NCBI RefSeq assembly: GCF_009914755.1
Contig: NC_060934.1
Origin: the human T2T-CHM13v2.0 reference genome, Homo sapiens
Direction: 5' to 3' (one strand)
DNA: 64,000 bases
The notes beneath the pieces are model-generated. The model had not been told where the DNA came from and did not search any database. It saw nothing but the letters and a program-made list of their open reading frames with translations. A program made the position numbers and the translations under genes. Within the stretch, counting starts at the first letter, position 1; every line of letters begins with the position of its first letter. Below are positions 31,981-52,653 of this stretch, in pieces.

Positions 31981-32247
31981 TTTTTTTTTTTGAGATGGAG
32001 TTTCACTCTTGTTGCCCAGGCTGGAGTGCAGTGGCGTGATCTCGGCTCACCACAACCTCCGCCTCAGCCTCCCGAGTAGCCGGGAGTACAGGCATGCACC
32101 ACTCCCCCCAGCTAATTTTGTATTTTTAGTAGAGATGGGGTTTCTCCATGTTGGTTAAGCTGGTCTCAAACTCCCGACCTCAGGTGATCTGCCTGCCTGG
32201 GCCTCCCAAAGTGCTGGGATCACAGGCATGAGCCACCGTGCCTGGCC
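31981..32247 (-). mobile_element. AluSp-like with internal deletion
   Basis: tttctccatgttggt diagnostic. Confidence 0.9.
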
Positions 32248-32249
32248 TC

Positions 32250-33790
32250 ATAGTTTGGAGTTTTTAAGGAATTGGTCCATTTTATCAAAGTTGTCCAATT
32301 TGTGTGTATAGAATTATCGTATTATCCTACTATCCTTTTATTATCTGTGAGGTCTGTAATGGTATTCCCCTCTTTTTTATTCCTGATGTTGTAATTTATA
32401 TTATGTCTTTCTTTTTTGTTAGTCTTTCTAGAGGTTTATCAATTTTATTGATCTTTTCAAAGAATGAAGGTTTGGTTTCATTTTTTTTTTTCTATTGTTT
32501 TTCTGCTTTCAGTAGTTACAACAGCAGTGCCTCTACCTTTTTATTTGGCCATCCCTCTTGTATCCCTATATTCTGCCATCTTTTTTTTCCACTTTTTATT
32601 ATCAAGGCCTTTTCTTCATCAAGGCTGATGAAATTTCATACTGTTTATAACTGCAATTAAGACTTCTTTGGGCCAGGTGCAACAGCTCACGCCTGTAATC
32701 CCAGCACCTTGGGAGGCTGAGGCCAAAAGATTGCTTAAGGCCAGGAGTTCAAGACCAGCCTGGGCAACATAGGGAGACCTTGTCTCTACAAATAATTTAA
32801 AAATCAGTTGGGCATGGTGGCGCATGCCTGTAGTCCTAGTACTCGGGAGGCCGAGGTGGGAGGTTGAAGCTCAGTAAGCTGTGATTGCCCTACTATATTC
32901 CAGCCTGGGAAACAGAGCAAGACCCTGATTCAAAAACAAAACAAAAAACTTTGATTTGTGAATAGGTTGAATCTAAAAGTTAATTTATTTGCATTATCAT
33001 AATTACATAAAAATTGTTCACTTCATATCCTAGTAGTATACCTTTCTTTCCTTGTACAGCATTTATTTTCTCATGGCCTTTCTTCCACGAGATATTTGCC
33101 TTTGTTATGTCCTCAATTATTTTCAAGCTCTCCATTGTATAATTCATTCTCTTATTCTATTCACTCACATCTCCAACCTCCTCCTAGAGCACATTGTTTC
33201 TCCAAACTGGGCTGACTGCTCTCTAGAGCTGACATCCTGTGACTTCCCATTACTGCTTTCCTAGATTATTTCCTGGATCCCATATCCTCTCCTTTCTAGA
33301 CATACTCCCTGATTTTGATGAAACATGTCAGTAAGGACTGTCCTAAAGAAGGTGAAGAGAAAGGATACTTTCTGAGTCCTTTCATTTAGCTCTACATTTG
33401 ATGAGAGTTGGGATGAGAATGGAATTCTAGATTGAAGAGAATTTTCCCTGAGAATTCTTATGGATTGCTTCATTGTCTGCAAGCATCCAGTCTTAATAAT
33501 GAGGAGGCCAGTTTTATCCTAATTCTTGATCCACTGCAGGTGACTGATTTCTCTGGAAGCTTTTCAGAATCTTAGTATTTTGAAAGATTGGAAATAGGTC
33601 TTTTACAACTTGCTGTTCGGGCCATTGATAGGCCATTTTAGTTTGAAGATGCATGTTCTTTCCAAATATTATTTTGATAGTTTTCTCCTGTTTTCTGTTT
33701 TCTCTTTCTGGATATTGAATATGTATAAAAGTTTGCTTCGAATTCTGAAGAATAAATATAATGGGAAGACAGATGTGAGGTCTAGATTCT
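32250..33790 (-). mobile_element. Old L1M internal fragments with AluJ (+) at 32670-32948
   Basis: agaggtttatcaattttattgatcttttcaaagaa L1 antisense motif. Confidence 0.7.
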
Positions 33791-34944
33791 TGGTTTTAAT
33801 ATTTATGTAGCATTTGTCTAAAATGTGGAAGTCACATGCTGTAGACCAACTAAGTTTGTAAAATATTTGTAAAATATTTATAAAGTATAATTTATATAAA
33901 AAGCAGTTAAGAAAAAGACCCAAATAATATAAAGTTACCATTATAAGGTCCCATATGAAGCTGTCCTTCAATTAAGAACAAAAATCAATGTACAGGATAA
34001 AGCTACAATATTAAGCAAGAAAGATACATTTTAATTTTGTTTGCAGTCCCATTAGATTTCTAATATGATTTTATAGCTCATTTCCTCCCCTTTTACAAAT
34101 GGCTTTGTATCATAATCTGTAGCAACTCTAAACATTGCAAGAGTAAAAGAATATACTGACATTACTTCATGGTTTAGAACAAACACCTTGAGAATAAAAA
34201 GTCATGTTTAACATGACTTGCACTGAACTAGATACACACCATATTTATGGCTTTATGTCAGTGTTCAAGTGTTTTTGTTTTTTTTTTCTGTTTCTTGATG
34301 GCTCTGATTAAGTTAGAGTTAACAAACTCTCTTCTGATGCCACATTAGTGGGCATTTATTTTCTGGCTTGTAAAAGCAGGATTAGTCCCTTAGACTGAAG
34401 CCACACTTGTGTTTTTCTTACTCATAATGCAAATAATGACTTCAGGCAGTGGTGTGGGTGTTCAGCGAATGCATACTTCTATTTGCAGAGCAGTTTTACC
34501 TGTATCTACAGCAGGGAAGCCCCTCTGGGCTTTATTTAGTAGGTGACAGAGGAAATTAGAATGGCCTGGCTAAGCACATCAATATGCATAATTGACAGGC
34601 TATTCAATACTGTTAAAGATAAGTACTTTCCATTCTTTAACTATCAAATGCAGCTCAAATGTATTCTAGATTGTATTATTTTCTGAGTATTTTGTTACAG
34701 ATCCTTCACGTATATATGCGAACTTAAAGTAAACAAATCTAAGGAACTAGAAAAACACAGGCTTGTCTCTGGGCAAGGTCTTTAAAATTATCAATGTGAT
34801 TATAATGAATGAATAACATATAGCCCTTCGAAGGGATAAGGTAAACACCAAGATTGGAAAGGCAGACATAAAACTTTATTCACAGGTGACACGATCTTCT
34901 ATATAGAAAATGCTGAGGAATCGACTACAAAACTATTAGGTTTA

Positions 34945-35629
<685 letters not shown>

Positions 35630-36077
35630 AAAAATTGCTTATATTTCTATACACTTGGATCTGATAATGAAATTAAGAAAAGAGTTTTATTTACAATAAA
35701 ATACTTAGGAATAATTTAATTAAAAATTTCAAAACTTGTGTTCTACAAACTAAAACATTAAAAGAAATTAAAGACTCAAATGGAAAGCTGTGTTTGTCGA
35801 CTCATGGATTCATGAATTAGAGGACTATTTTTAAAATGGCAATGCTTATCAGATCTACCTATTTAATACAATCCTTATCAAAATCCAGGCTGCCCTTCCC
35901 CCCCCACCTCTCCGCACCAGAGGTTGGCATATTGATCCCAAAATTCATGTGGAAATTCAAGGGACACAGAATAGCTAAAAACAGTCTTGAAAAAACTTTC
36001 AAAATTTACTGTTGGCCAATAAGCACATGTAAAGATTCTTATCACTAATCACTAGGGAAATGCAAATTAAAACTTTA

Positions 36078-36534
<457 letters not shown>

Positions 36535-36638
36535 TGGAATAGCTGCTATAGAAAACTGTGTGGCATCTCCTCAAAAAGTTAAAAATAGAATTACCGTATG
36601 ATCCAGCAATTCCAATTCTGAGTATATGCCAAAAATAG

Positions 36639-37126
<488 letters not shown>

Positions 37127-37969
37127 TGTACACCATGTTTATAATAGTATTATTCACAGTTGCTAAAACATAGAAGCCAACCAACTGTCCATCAGTGGAT
37201 GAATGGGTAAGCAAAATGTGGTATTTACCAACAATGGAATATGTTCTGTTTTAGGAAGGAAGAAATTCTGACATATGCTACAACATGGATGGACCTTGAA
37301 GATAGTATACTAAGTGAAATAAGCCGGTCACAAAAAGACAATTACTATATGATTCTACTTATATGAAGAACTTAGATTAGTCAAAATTATAGAGATAGAA
37401 AGTATTAGGGTGGTTGTCAGGGGCTGTGGAGAGGGGAATATGGGAAATTGTTGAATGCATTTTAGTTTTGCAGGATTAAAAGAGGTGTGGAGATGGGTGT
37501 TGGTGATGGTTGTACAACAGTGTGAATGTACTCAGTGCCACTGAACTGTACAGTTAAAAAAATGGTTAAAATGGTAAATCTTATGTATGTTTTACTGCAA
37601 TACAAAAAATTGGGGGAAAAAATCTTATTACACAGCTACAGTAATGAAGACTCTGTGTTAGTGGCCAAAGGATAAGCATAGATCAATGGAATAGAATTGA
37701 GACTAGAAATAAACCCTAATATTTATGGTCAATTGATGTCTGCCCCATCCCAGCCCCACAAGGATGCCAGATGAGTCAATGGAGGAAAGAAAAGAGCTTA
37801 TCTATTTGTAGACTATTCATTCTCATAGTCTTTTCAACAAAACAGTGTGCTGAGACAATTGGATATCCACATGCAAAAGAATGGAAATAGACCCCTTCCT
37901 TATATCCTACACAAAAATGAACTAAAAATATATCAGAGACCTAAATGTACGAACTAAAGCTATAAAACA

Positions 37970-38266
37970 GGCCAGGTGCGCTGGCTCATACCTGTAATTC
38001 CAGCACTTTGGGAGGCTGAGGTGGGTGGATCATTTGAGGTCAGGAGTTCGAGACCAGCCTAGCCAAAATGGTGAAACCCCCTGTATACTAAAAATACAAA
38101 AATAGCCAGGTGCATGCCTGTAATCCCAGCTACTTGGGAGGCTGAGACACAGGAGAATCACTTGAATCGGGAGGCAGAGGTTGCAGTGAGCCGAGGTCCT
38201 GCCACTGCGCCCCAGCCTGGGTGATCAGAGCAAGACTTTCTCCCAAATAAATAAATAAATAATAAA
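37970..38266 (+). mobile_element. AluS
   Basis: TSD taaa(g/a)ctataaaaca. Confidence 0.95.
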
Positions 38267-38727
38267 ACTATAAAACACCTAGAAGAAAACAGGAATAAAC
38301 CTTCATGACTTTGGATTAGGTAAAGCTTTCTTAGATATGACACCAAAAGCAAAAGCAACCACAGAAGAAAATTGATGAATTGGACATCACAGTTAAAAAT
38401 TTCTGCTCCTAAAGGATACCATCAAGGAAGTGAAAAGAACCCACAGAATATGAGAATATTTTTGCAGATTATATCTGATAAGGGACTGTAAGAGTTCTTT
38501 ATTCTGGATACAACTTAATAGTAAAAAGACAATCCAATTTAAAAATGGGCAAAGGATCTTAATAGACATTTCTCTAACAAGGATGTACAAATGAACAATA
38601 AGCACGTGAAAAGATGGGAAATACAAATCAAAACTACAAGACAGCACTTTGTACTCACTAGGACGGCTATAATAGAAAAAGATAACAAGCCTGGGCTGGC
38701 GAGGATGTGGCTGACAAGACTGGAATC

Positions 38728-39025
<298 letters not shown>

Positions 39026-39364
39026 TGGTTGGAATCCTTATACATTGGTGGAGGTAATGTGGAATGGTCTAACTGCTCTGAAATAGTTTGGCAGTTACTC
39101 CAAATGCTAAACATAGATTTACCATATGACCCTGCAATTCTGCTACTAGGTATATGCTCAAGAGAAAGAAAAACATATATTCACATAAAAACTTGTACGC
39201 AGTTGTTCATAGCGGCATTATTTATAATACTTAAAAAGTGGAAACAACCCAAATGTTCATCATTTGGTAAATGGGTAAATAAATGTGGTGTATCCATGCT
39301 ATGGACTATTATTCAGCCATAAAAAGGAATGAAGTATGCATACATGCTATAACATGTGTGAATC

Positions 39365-39662
39365 TTTTTTTTTTTTTTTTAATAGGAGTCTCACTCTGTT
39401 GCCCAGGCTGGAGTGCAGTGGCATGGTCTCAGCTCACTGCAACCTCCGCCTCCTGGGTCCAAGCGATTCTCATGGCCTCAGCCTCCTGAGTAGCTGGGAT
39501 TACACGCACGAGCCACCATACCTGGATAATTTTTGTGGTTTTAGTAGAGACAGGGTTTCACCATGTTGGCCAAGCTGGTCGCCAACCTCTGACCTCAGGT
39601 AATCCGCCTGCCTCAGCTTCCCAAAGTACTGGGATTACAGGCATAAGCTACCACACCTAGCC
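39365..39662 (-). mobile_element. AluS
   Basis: Alu dimer. Confidence 0.95.
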
Positions 39663-39669
39663 CTCCTTC

Positions 39670-42889
<3,220 letters not shown>

Positions 42890-42890
<1 letters not shown>

Positions 42891-43180
42891 TTTTACTTAG
42901 GGTCTCACTCTGTCACCCAGGCTGGAGTGCAATGGTGCGATCTCAGCTTACCGCAGCCTTGACCCCTCTAGCTCAAGCGGTCCTCCTACCACAGCCTCCT
43001 GAGTAGCTGGGATTACAGGTGCACACCATCATACCCAGATAATTTTATTTATTTATTCATTTATAGTGATGGGGTCTCGCTATGTTGCCCAGGCTGGTCT
43101 GAAATTCCTGGCCTCAAGCGATCCTTCTGCCTCAGCTGCTGAAGCACTGGTATTAAAGGTGTGAGCCTCCACCCCTGGCC
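42890..43180 (-). mobile_element. AluJ
   Basis: Diverged Alu dimer. Confidence 0.92.
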
Positions 43181-43234
43181 CATTTATATGATTTTAATTT
43201 TTGAGGCCTTAAGTTCTATAACCCAATAAATTTC

Positions 43235-44257
43235 TATCAGGGGAACCCACCCCCAGTATTTCAACGTAGGTTCTTTCTATTTTCCCTAAGTGTCGGCTGA
43301 TCTGAGAAATAGAGTACAAATAGAGGAATTTTACAGCTGGGCCTCTGGAGGTGACATCACATATCGGTAGGACCGTGATGCCCACCTGAACTGCAAAACC
43401 AGCAGGCTTTCATTAAGGACTTCAAAAGCAGGGAGGGCCTGTACGAACAGGGAGTAGGTCACAAAGATCACATGCTTCAAAGGGCAAACAAGAGAACAAA
43501 GATCACATGATTTTGAGGAAACAGGACCAGGGCAAAATCAAACTCCTGATAAGGGTCTATGTTCAGTGGTACACATGTTGTCTTGAGAAACATCTTAACA
43601 GAAAACAGGGCTCCAGAGCAGAGAACCGGTCTGACCTCAGATTTACCAGGGTGGGGTTTCTTTCCCACCCTAATAATCCTGAGGGTACTGCAGGAGACCA
43701 GGGTGTATGTCAGTCCTTATCTCAACCACGTAAGACAGACACTCCCAGAGCGGCCATTTATAGACCTCCCCCCAGGAATGCATTCCTTTCCCAGGGTCTT
43801 AATTATTAATATTCCTTCCTAGGAAAATAATTCGCGATATCTTCCCTACTTGCACATCCGTTTATAGGCTCTCTGCAAGAAGAAAAATATGGCTCTATTC
43901 TGCCTGACCCCGCAGGCAGTCAGACCTTATGGTTGTCTTCCCTTGTTCCCTGAAAATCACTGTTATTCTGTTCTTTTTCAAGGTGCACTGATTTCATATT
44001 GTTCAAACTCACTTGTTTTACAATCAGTTTGTACAGTTAGATACAATTATCACAGTGGTCCTGAGGTGACGTACATCCTCAGCTTATGAAGATAACAGGA
44101 TTAAGAGATTAAAATAAGACAGGCGTTAAGAAATTATAAAAGTATTAATTTGGGGAACTGATATATGTCCGTATTAAAATGAAATCTTCACAATTTCTGT
44201 TCCTCTGCCGCGGCTCCAGCCGGTCCCTCCGTTCGGGGTCCCTGACTTCCCACAACA
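43235..44257 (-). mobile_element. MER11 solo LTR (HERV-K11/HML-8)
   Basis: Minus strand begins TGTTGTGGGAAGTCAGGGACCCCGAACGGAGGGACCGGCTGGAGCC; ~1 kb; TSD atttc(t). Confidence 0.92.
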
Positions 44258-44496
44258 ATTTCTCTTCACTAAAATAATCACATTTTTGCTCTATGTCTCT
44301 GAAATTGCTCCTAAATCCCACTGAGTAGAGTTTGTGTTCTGGATCTCTTCAGTCACATATTTACAATATCTTGTGTTAGATTGCTGGAGGATTTTTTTTT
44401 TTTTAAACCAGTTTCCATGTTTGATTCTAGAGAGAAACCTTTATTTATCTTAGCTTCAAATTACTATTGGGCAGGGGGCTGTACCTCACTGTCACT

Positions 44497-44666
44497 CAGG
44501 ATCAACTGTGTAATTTGTAGGACCCAGGGCAAGATGAAAATGTGAAATACTTTCCTCAAACATTAAGAATTTCAAAACAGTGGCAAAGCTTTATACCAAG
44601 TGCAGGCCCTTCCAAACATGGGGCTTGTGTGATGGCATGTGTTGTATACTTGAGAAGCCACCCTTG
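44497..44666 (-). mobile_element. MER45A-like hAT-Tip100
   Basis: taatttgtaggacccagggcaagatgaaaatg...attaagaatttcaa. Confidence 0.7.
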
Positions 44667-44746
44667 CTGTCACCACTGTGTATAGACTAGCTTTGGATTA
44701 GAAATACTCTGTCAGAAATTAAATGAGTTTCAAGTGTTTAACTTTT

Positions 44747-45948
44747 GGCCGGGGTGGTGCCTCACACTTGTGATCCCAGCACTTTGGGAGGCCAAGGCAG
44801 GAGGATCACTTGAGGTCAGGAATTTGAGACCATCCTGGCCAACATGGCAAAACTGTATCTCTACCAAAAATACAAAAATTAGCCGGGCGTGGTGGCACAT
44901 GCCTGTAGTCCTAGCTACCAGGGAGACTGAAGCAGGAGAATCATTTGAACCGGGGAGGCGGAGGCTGCTGTGAGCCGAGATCAAGCCACTTCACTCCAGC
45001 CTGGGTGACAGAGCGAGACCCTGTCTCAAAAAAAAAAAAAAAAAAAAACCCAAATGCTCATACTGTACTTCTACAAATATGGACTCTGAAATGCACATTC
45101 CCAAGCATTTGTAAAACAAGATTTTTCGAGTTCCCATTTATAATTGTAGTATAGTTTATAATATGAGCTAAATGCCTGTCAGTTTAGACAACCTGATATA
45201 CTCAACTGTGGGACACTTTGAGAGTTCTTAAAAATACAGCTAATGGCCAGACACGGTGGCCCACACCTGTAATCCCAGCACTTTGGGAGGCCGAGGCAGG
45301 CGGATGACCTGAGGTCAGGAGTTTGAGACCAGCCTGACCAACATGGAGAAACCCTGTCTCTACTAAAAATACAAAAGTAGCCAGGTGTGGTGGCGCATGC
45401 CTGTTATCCCAGCTACTTGGGAGGCTGAGGCAGGAGAAGCACTTGAACCAGGAGGCGGAGGTTGTGCTGGGCCAAGATCACACCATTGCATTCCAGCCTG
45501 GGCAACAAGATTGAAACTCCGTCTCAAAAAAAACGGAAAACACAACTAACTTATACAAATTATTCTCTGTAAGAGAAATTTCTTGTTGGTTTATGACATT
45601 TGAGTTAACTAAAAAATTGGGATTGAACCAGAAAAATTTTGCTCAATAACTAGATTTTAGGCTGGGTATGATGGCTGACGCCTTTAGTCACAGCACTTTG
45701 GGAAGCCAAGGTGGGAATATCGCTTGAGCCTGGGAATTTGAGACCAGCCTGGGCAACACCGTGAGACACTTGTCTACAAAATTTTTAAAAATTAGCTGAG
45801 CATGATGGTGTGTTCCTATAGTCTCAGGTCCTTGGAAGGCTGAGGCAGGAGGATCACTTGAGCCCAGGAGGTGGGAGGCTGCAGTGAGCCATGATCATAC
45901 CACTACATTCTAGCCTGAGTCTCCAAAAAAAAAAAAAAAAAAAAAAAA
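44747..45948 (+). mobile_element. Three sense Alus (44747-45048, 45245-45540, 45660-45948)
   Basis: Alu dimers with A tails. Confidence 0.93.
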
Positions 45949-46407
45949 GTATATTGGGAGAATGGAGAACCAGAGGGTGGGAGATATTGAAAATCATCTG
46001 TAGTGAGTTGAAGTCCATAGACAGTGTCTAAATGAGATATATCCAGAAAAAGTAGTAATCAAGAGCTGTTGACTGTTTGGAAGATTACCTTGTTTATTGC
46101 TGTTCCTCTTAAGGTATTTATATTAGTACAGCACACCTGCATCAGACTGGATTTGTGGCTGTCACATGCAAATGGAGGAAATTTAAGACTTTTTTTTTTT
46201 TTCACAATTAGAGACAAAAATTGCGAAGAACGTATTAAACTTCACTAATACAGATTATTTTATTAAAATATCATGTCAAATAATGGTAGAAACATTTAGA
46301 GAGATGGAAATAATTACAAAAGACTGCTAAAAGAAGTTGGAACAAGTTGGGGGATGTTTAATTATATATGCATATTTGATTTAGAACAATTTAAAACATT
46401 TCAATAA

Positions 46408-47163
<756 letters not shown>

Positions 47164-47422
47164 TGATATTTATATTCTTATGTTTTATATTACTCTTTCG
47201 TTTTTTCAGAGCAATTACCCTGTATTACTTTCTCATAATCAGAGGGAAAAAATTTCATTTTGAAAAAAGTAGTAATTGTGACATAACTTTAAGCAGGGAC
47301 TATATATCTTTTTATTTCAAACATCCACCACAATGCGTAGCATGTGGAAGATGTAAATATCTGCACATACTGAGGAAAGGTGTGTGTCAGTGAGTTGCTT
47401 CTTTGCTTAATAAAAGCATTCC

Positions 47423-47715
<293 letters not shown>

Positions 47716-47894
47716 ATTCCATGGCCATTGGCAAAGCAAAATAAGCTATCTAAGAAACAGTGTATTATAAAAAATGCTTCAAGAATTAAATGAAAAGCTT
47801 AGGAATTATGATTGTCAGAGAGAAGTGAGAAAAGAAAATGCAAAAAGCAACTGGTAACTGTTATTTAGTTTTCTTTTGCATAAGTAATACTTGC

Positions 47895-47896
<2 letters not shown>

Positions 47897-47940
<44 letters not shown>
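47897..47940. repeat. (TG)22 microsatellite
   Basis: Direct reading. Confidence 0.98.
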
Positions 47941-47945
<5 letters not shown>

Positions 47946-47949
47946 ATAA

Positions 47950-48246
<297 letters not shown>

Positions 48247-48582
48247 TAATGTATACAATTTTTAAAGCACAGAGAAGTATATAGTGAAAATTCTTCCCCT
48301 TGCTATCAGATCAGCACACTCTTCAGAGGCAGCCATTGTTATTCTTGTATATCCTTCCAGAAATACAGGATATTAACAGTACAACAAAGAATTTCATTGT
48401 TTACACATCATTTTATGCTTATGTAAGTTTCCCTGTAGGATAAATTCCTAGAAGTAGAATTGCTGAATCAAGGGATACCTGCATTTGCAATTTTTGTAGA
48501 TTTGGCCAAATTGCCCTCCAATGAAATTATATTAGTTAACACCCCCACCACCAATGTAGGAGAGATTTTATGTAATTTCCTA

Positions 48583-48929
<347 letters not shown>

Positions 48930-49739
48930 TTATTGCCTATATGAGTGATCTAATCCTTGACAAATGAGTTTTCATTTTCAGTATATAGTTTGGTGAATAA
49001 ACTCTTCTCTACAACAACAGTCTGTACCACACTGGCTAGAGTTATAGTGAAATATGGTTAAGTACTGAACCCTTTCTTAGACCCTATCAGATCCAAAGAT
49101 ACTGAACATTCTCCAGTGCTATCAAATCTTTGGAGAGAAAGTTTACCATAGCCTTTCCTTCCTTCTCTTTCCTTTTCCTATCTTGCTTCAAACATAGAAA
49201 GAAGTACCATATGAAATAAGTAAGCCTTTTTAGGCAGTTTTTTCATTCCTTAGCTGAGAGTAGAAGAGTGTGCTGCAAAAGACCTTCATAAAATTGAATA
49301 GGTAACATAGCAAAATAAGCTACAGTGTGGATCTTGGAATCAGACAGACTTGAATTCTGGTTCTGTGTGCCTCTTAGCTGTATAATCTTTGATATTTAAT
49401 ATTTATAAAATGAGGATAATAATTCATAGGGCCCTATTCTACAAAAGGACACTGTTTTTGTCAAATCCAGACACCTTCAAAGTAAGGATAAAAACCCAGG
49501 GAATGTTAGTTCCTTTTTAAGTCTGTTTTGTGATTTATAAAATGGGATAAATAGTCTCTTCTTCACGAGTTCTTGGAATAATTAAGATATACAAACACAT
49601 TGGCACGCAGAGCACCCTCAGTAATTGTGAATTATTTTTTACTGTTACTGCAGTCATTTGATGTCTGTTGAAGGAATTATAGCCTGCATGGACTTACTGT
49701 GCACTGGAAGGAAGGGAAATCTGCTACCTGGTGGGTTAA

Positions 49740-49960
49740 AGCATTTTGCTTTAAAAGGTCGTTAGTAGAAGGCAGGCTGAGTGCTGGGTGCGCTCAGGTG
49801 TGACTGACTGCAGGACACCAAGAAGAAATGGGGTTTGAAGTAACAGCTCCCTTTATCCAAGCCGAAAACTGTGACGCAAACAGTGCTTTCTAAATCGCTG
49901 TGAATGGAACAACCTATTAGGGAAAGTTTCCATCTGGAGTACTGGTAATGAACTCAAATG
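49740..49960. promoter_or_regulatory. Candidate enhancer
   Basis: Unique sequence with retained CpGs, TGACGCAA at 49872, E-box CAGGTG. Confidence 0.3.
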
Positions 49961-50559
49961 AGAGTAAACTGCTGGAAAATTGCAAGAGCAATGGAAAATA
50001 AAAAGGGTGCCTAGATTGAATGAGTTAAGGTTGTATTATACTTTAGTTCAGAAACAAGTTATGGTGACTGGAAAAAGTTTAAGTAATTAATTCTAGAGTA
50101 AACTGTGTTAGATTAAATTTATTGGAGGGACAGCTCAAATTCTGTATTAAATCTGTGTAATTCTAGATCTAGGGTCAAGATTTAGATGAGCTCTCATCGT
50201 CTAATCCCAGTAGAAATTCCCTTAAGACAATTAGGACCTGAGAAACTCCTAGAGTAAGTAAGAACCATTCCAAATTGTAAGAAACAGTATTTTCTGACTG
50301 TATAAAATCTTGTTTTTCATTGGCCTGTTTATCTTTGCCCCTGCCATTTGTCATGTTGGTTCTCTTTACGCATTACAGCTTGAAAGTCATACCCTGATAG
50401 CTAGAATTTTAGACTCTTCAGTTAAATTCAGGCAATATTAATTGCATGCCTATTGGGTACCAGGCAGCATGCTAAATGTTAGGCATGTAAAGACAAGACG
50501 TTGTCCTTGCCCTCAAAGTATGCATAGCCTTGGCAGGTGGTATCAGTGATACTAACGAT

Positions 50560-50780
50560 GGTGATAATCTAGCTAACATTGATGAAGCACCTGCAATTTA
50601 CTCAATAACAGTTCTTGGTGCTTTGTATATATTAACTCAGTCCTCACAAGGGTCTTGATGTAGGTATTAATAGTATTATTTCATTTTACAAATGGAGACC
50701 CTGAGGCACAAAAATTCGAGTAACTTGCCTAAGGTCAAGCGGGTGAGAATTTGGAGCAAAGCCCTCGATTCTGCTATGCC
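50560..50780 (-). mobile_element. MIR
   Basis: cattttacaaatggagaccctgaggcaca...taacttgcctaaggtca. Confidence 0.75.
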
Positions 50781-51000
50781 AGACAGTTCCTGAGTTATTT
50801 ATGCTTTGGTCAGAGCTTAGCTTATTAAAATTATGATTTTTAAAAGCCCACTTTTCTTTAAACCTTAAATATACTTAAAAATTCACTGAAAAATTTAGTT
50901 GGGTGTTAATATTAAAAATGCCTATTTGCTTGTTTTTTGACTGATGCTCAAGCGCTTTTACATTTGACAGATGAAATTCCTCTATTAAATACCATTTACA

Positions 51001-51162
51001 GGCTGGGTGCAGTGGCTCATGCCTATAATCCTAGAGCTTTGGGAGGCTGAGGTGGGAGGATCACTTGAACCCAGCAGTTCAGGGCTGCAGTTATCTATGA
51101 TTGTGCCACTGCACTGCAGCCTGGGTGGCAGAGCACTACCCTGTCTTTAAAAAAAAAAAAAA
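51001..51162 (+). mobile_element. Monomeric Alu (FRAM-like)
   Basis: Single arm with A tail. Confidence 0.9.
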
Positions 51163-51826
51163 TTATAAACTTGACTAGAATTCCTTAAACATTTCAAAAC
51201 ATGCTTACAAATTTAATATATCTGATATCCCCAGGCACTTCAAACTTCTTCCAGTAAATCAACTACATAACTTTAATAAGTCAAATAGTCTCTTAAGAAT
51301 TTTAAACATTTGAAAAACCAGAACATATACTCATGAGTGTAATGGTTACAAAAATGATGATTACACTTGCTTAAATACAACTTATACAAATATATCACTA
51401 CCATTTATTCATTCAGGGGTTACAAATTTACCCAACCAAGGTGGACAAAATTACCATTTCGAACCTGCTATAGAGTTTTGGGGGTGGAGATTTAGGACTG
51501 GGTCAATAACTTTGAGGCTTATTTATTGGGCTAAGCTCTTTCATAGTGGTGGGATTGTCCAAGCCTGTACCTCTTGTGCTTACCCAATTTTTGACCACAA
51601 TCTCTTACCTGCTCTAGAGGGAATGGAATTCTGCAGACCCTACTCAAACTGTGTCTTTACTGACTGATTTGCACTGATAGAACTGTGTCTAATAAATACT
51701 CATGTAATAATTTGGATTGATTTATAACACTTACAAATTATTGGAAACTCATGTATGTCATAATTCCATACCGAGGACCATCTCTAGCACAAATAGTACC
51801 TTTGTGTGAATTAACAGAAAGGTGCC

Positions 51827-52156
<330 letters not shown>

Positions 52157-52593
52157 CTAGGTAGATGAATTACAAAAGCTCAAAGTTAAGCTCACCCCAG
52201 GCCTGGCTGGATTTTAATCTCTACTTGCCCCCTTACAGCTTTTAAGATTTCTCCCCTTTTAAGTACCATTAAGACTGATGAATCTTAACTGAATTGTCAG
52301 ATTGTCATTTGAGCCTTTAAACTGGCTCCTTTGTAGACTTTCTGACAGAAACAAGATCTAGCCCCATCTAGATTCCCACGCCCCCAAGCCCCCCGCTTCC
52401 CCCAAGGCTAGAATCAGCTATTCTCCATGGAGCCAGTTGCTTTTGTGGTAGAATAGTATTAGGTACTGTTAGATACATTAGTGATTTCATTGCATATCAA
52501 ATTTTTCTGTTGGATTACTGATACGGTTCTCTAGTGACAAAGCTCTAAAAGATCTCTTTTTAATGGGTCATGGTGTTTCCAGTGTAATTTTAA

Positions 52594-52653
52594 TCCTTTA
52601 AAAATCTTTTCAATATTTCAATATTTCAAAATATTGAAAAGATTTTTAAAGGA
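52594..52653. repeat. Perfect 25-bp inverted repeat with 10-nt spacer
   Basis: tcctttaaaaatcttttcaatattt / aaatattgaaaagatttttaaagga. Confidence 0.97.

Noticed and set aside
39029-39322. 97-aa ORF with recognisable protein similarity
   Set aside because: Remnant of the L1 ORF2 C-terminus in a fragmented element.
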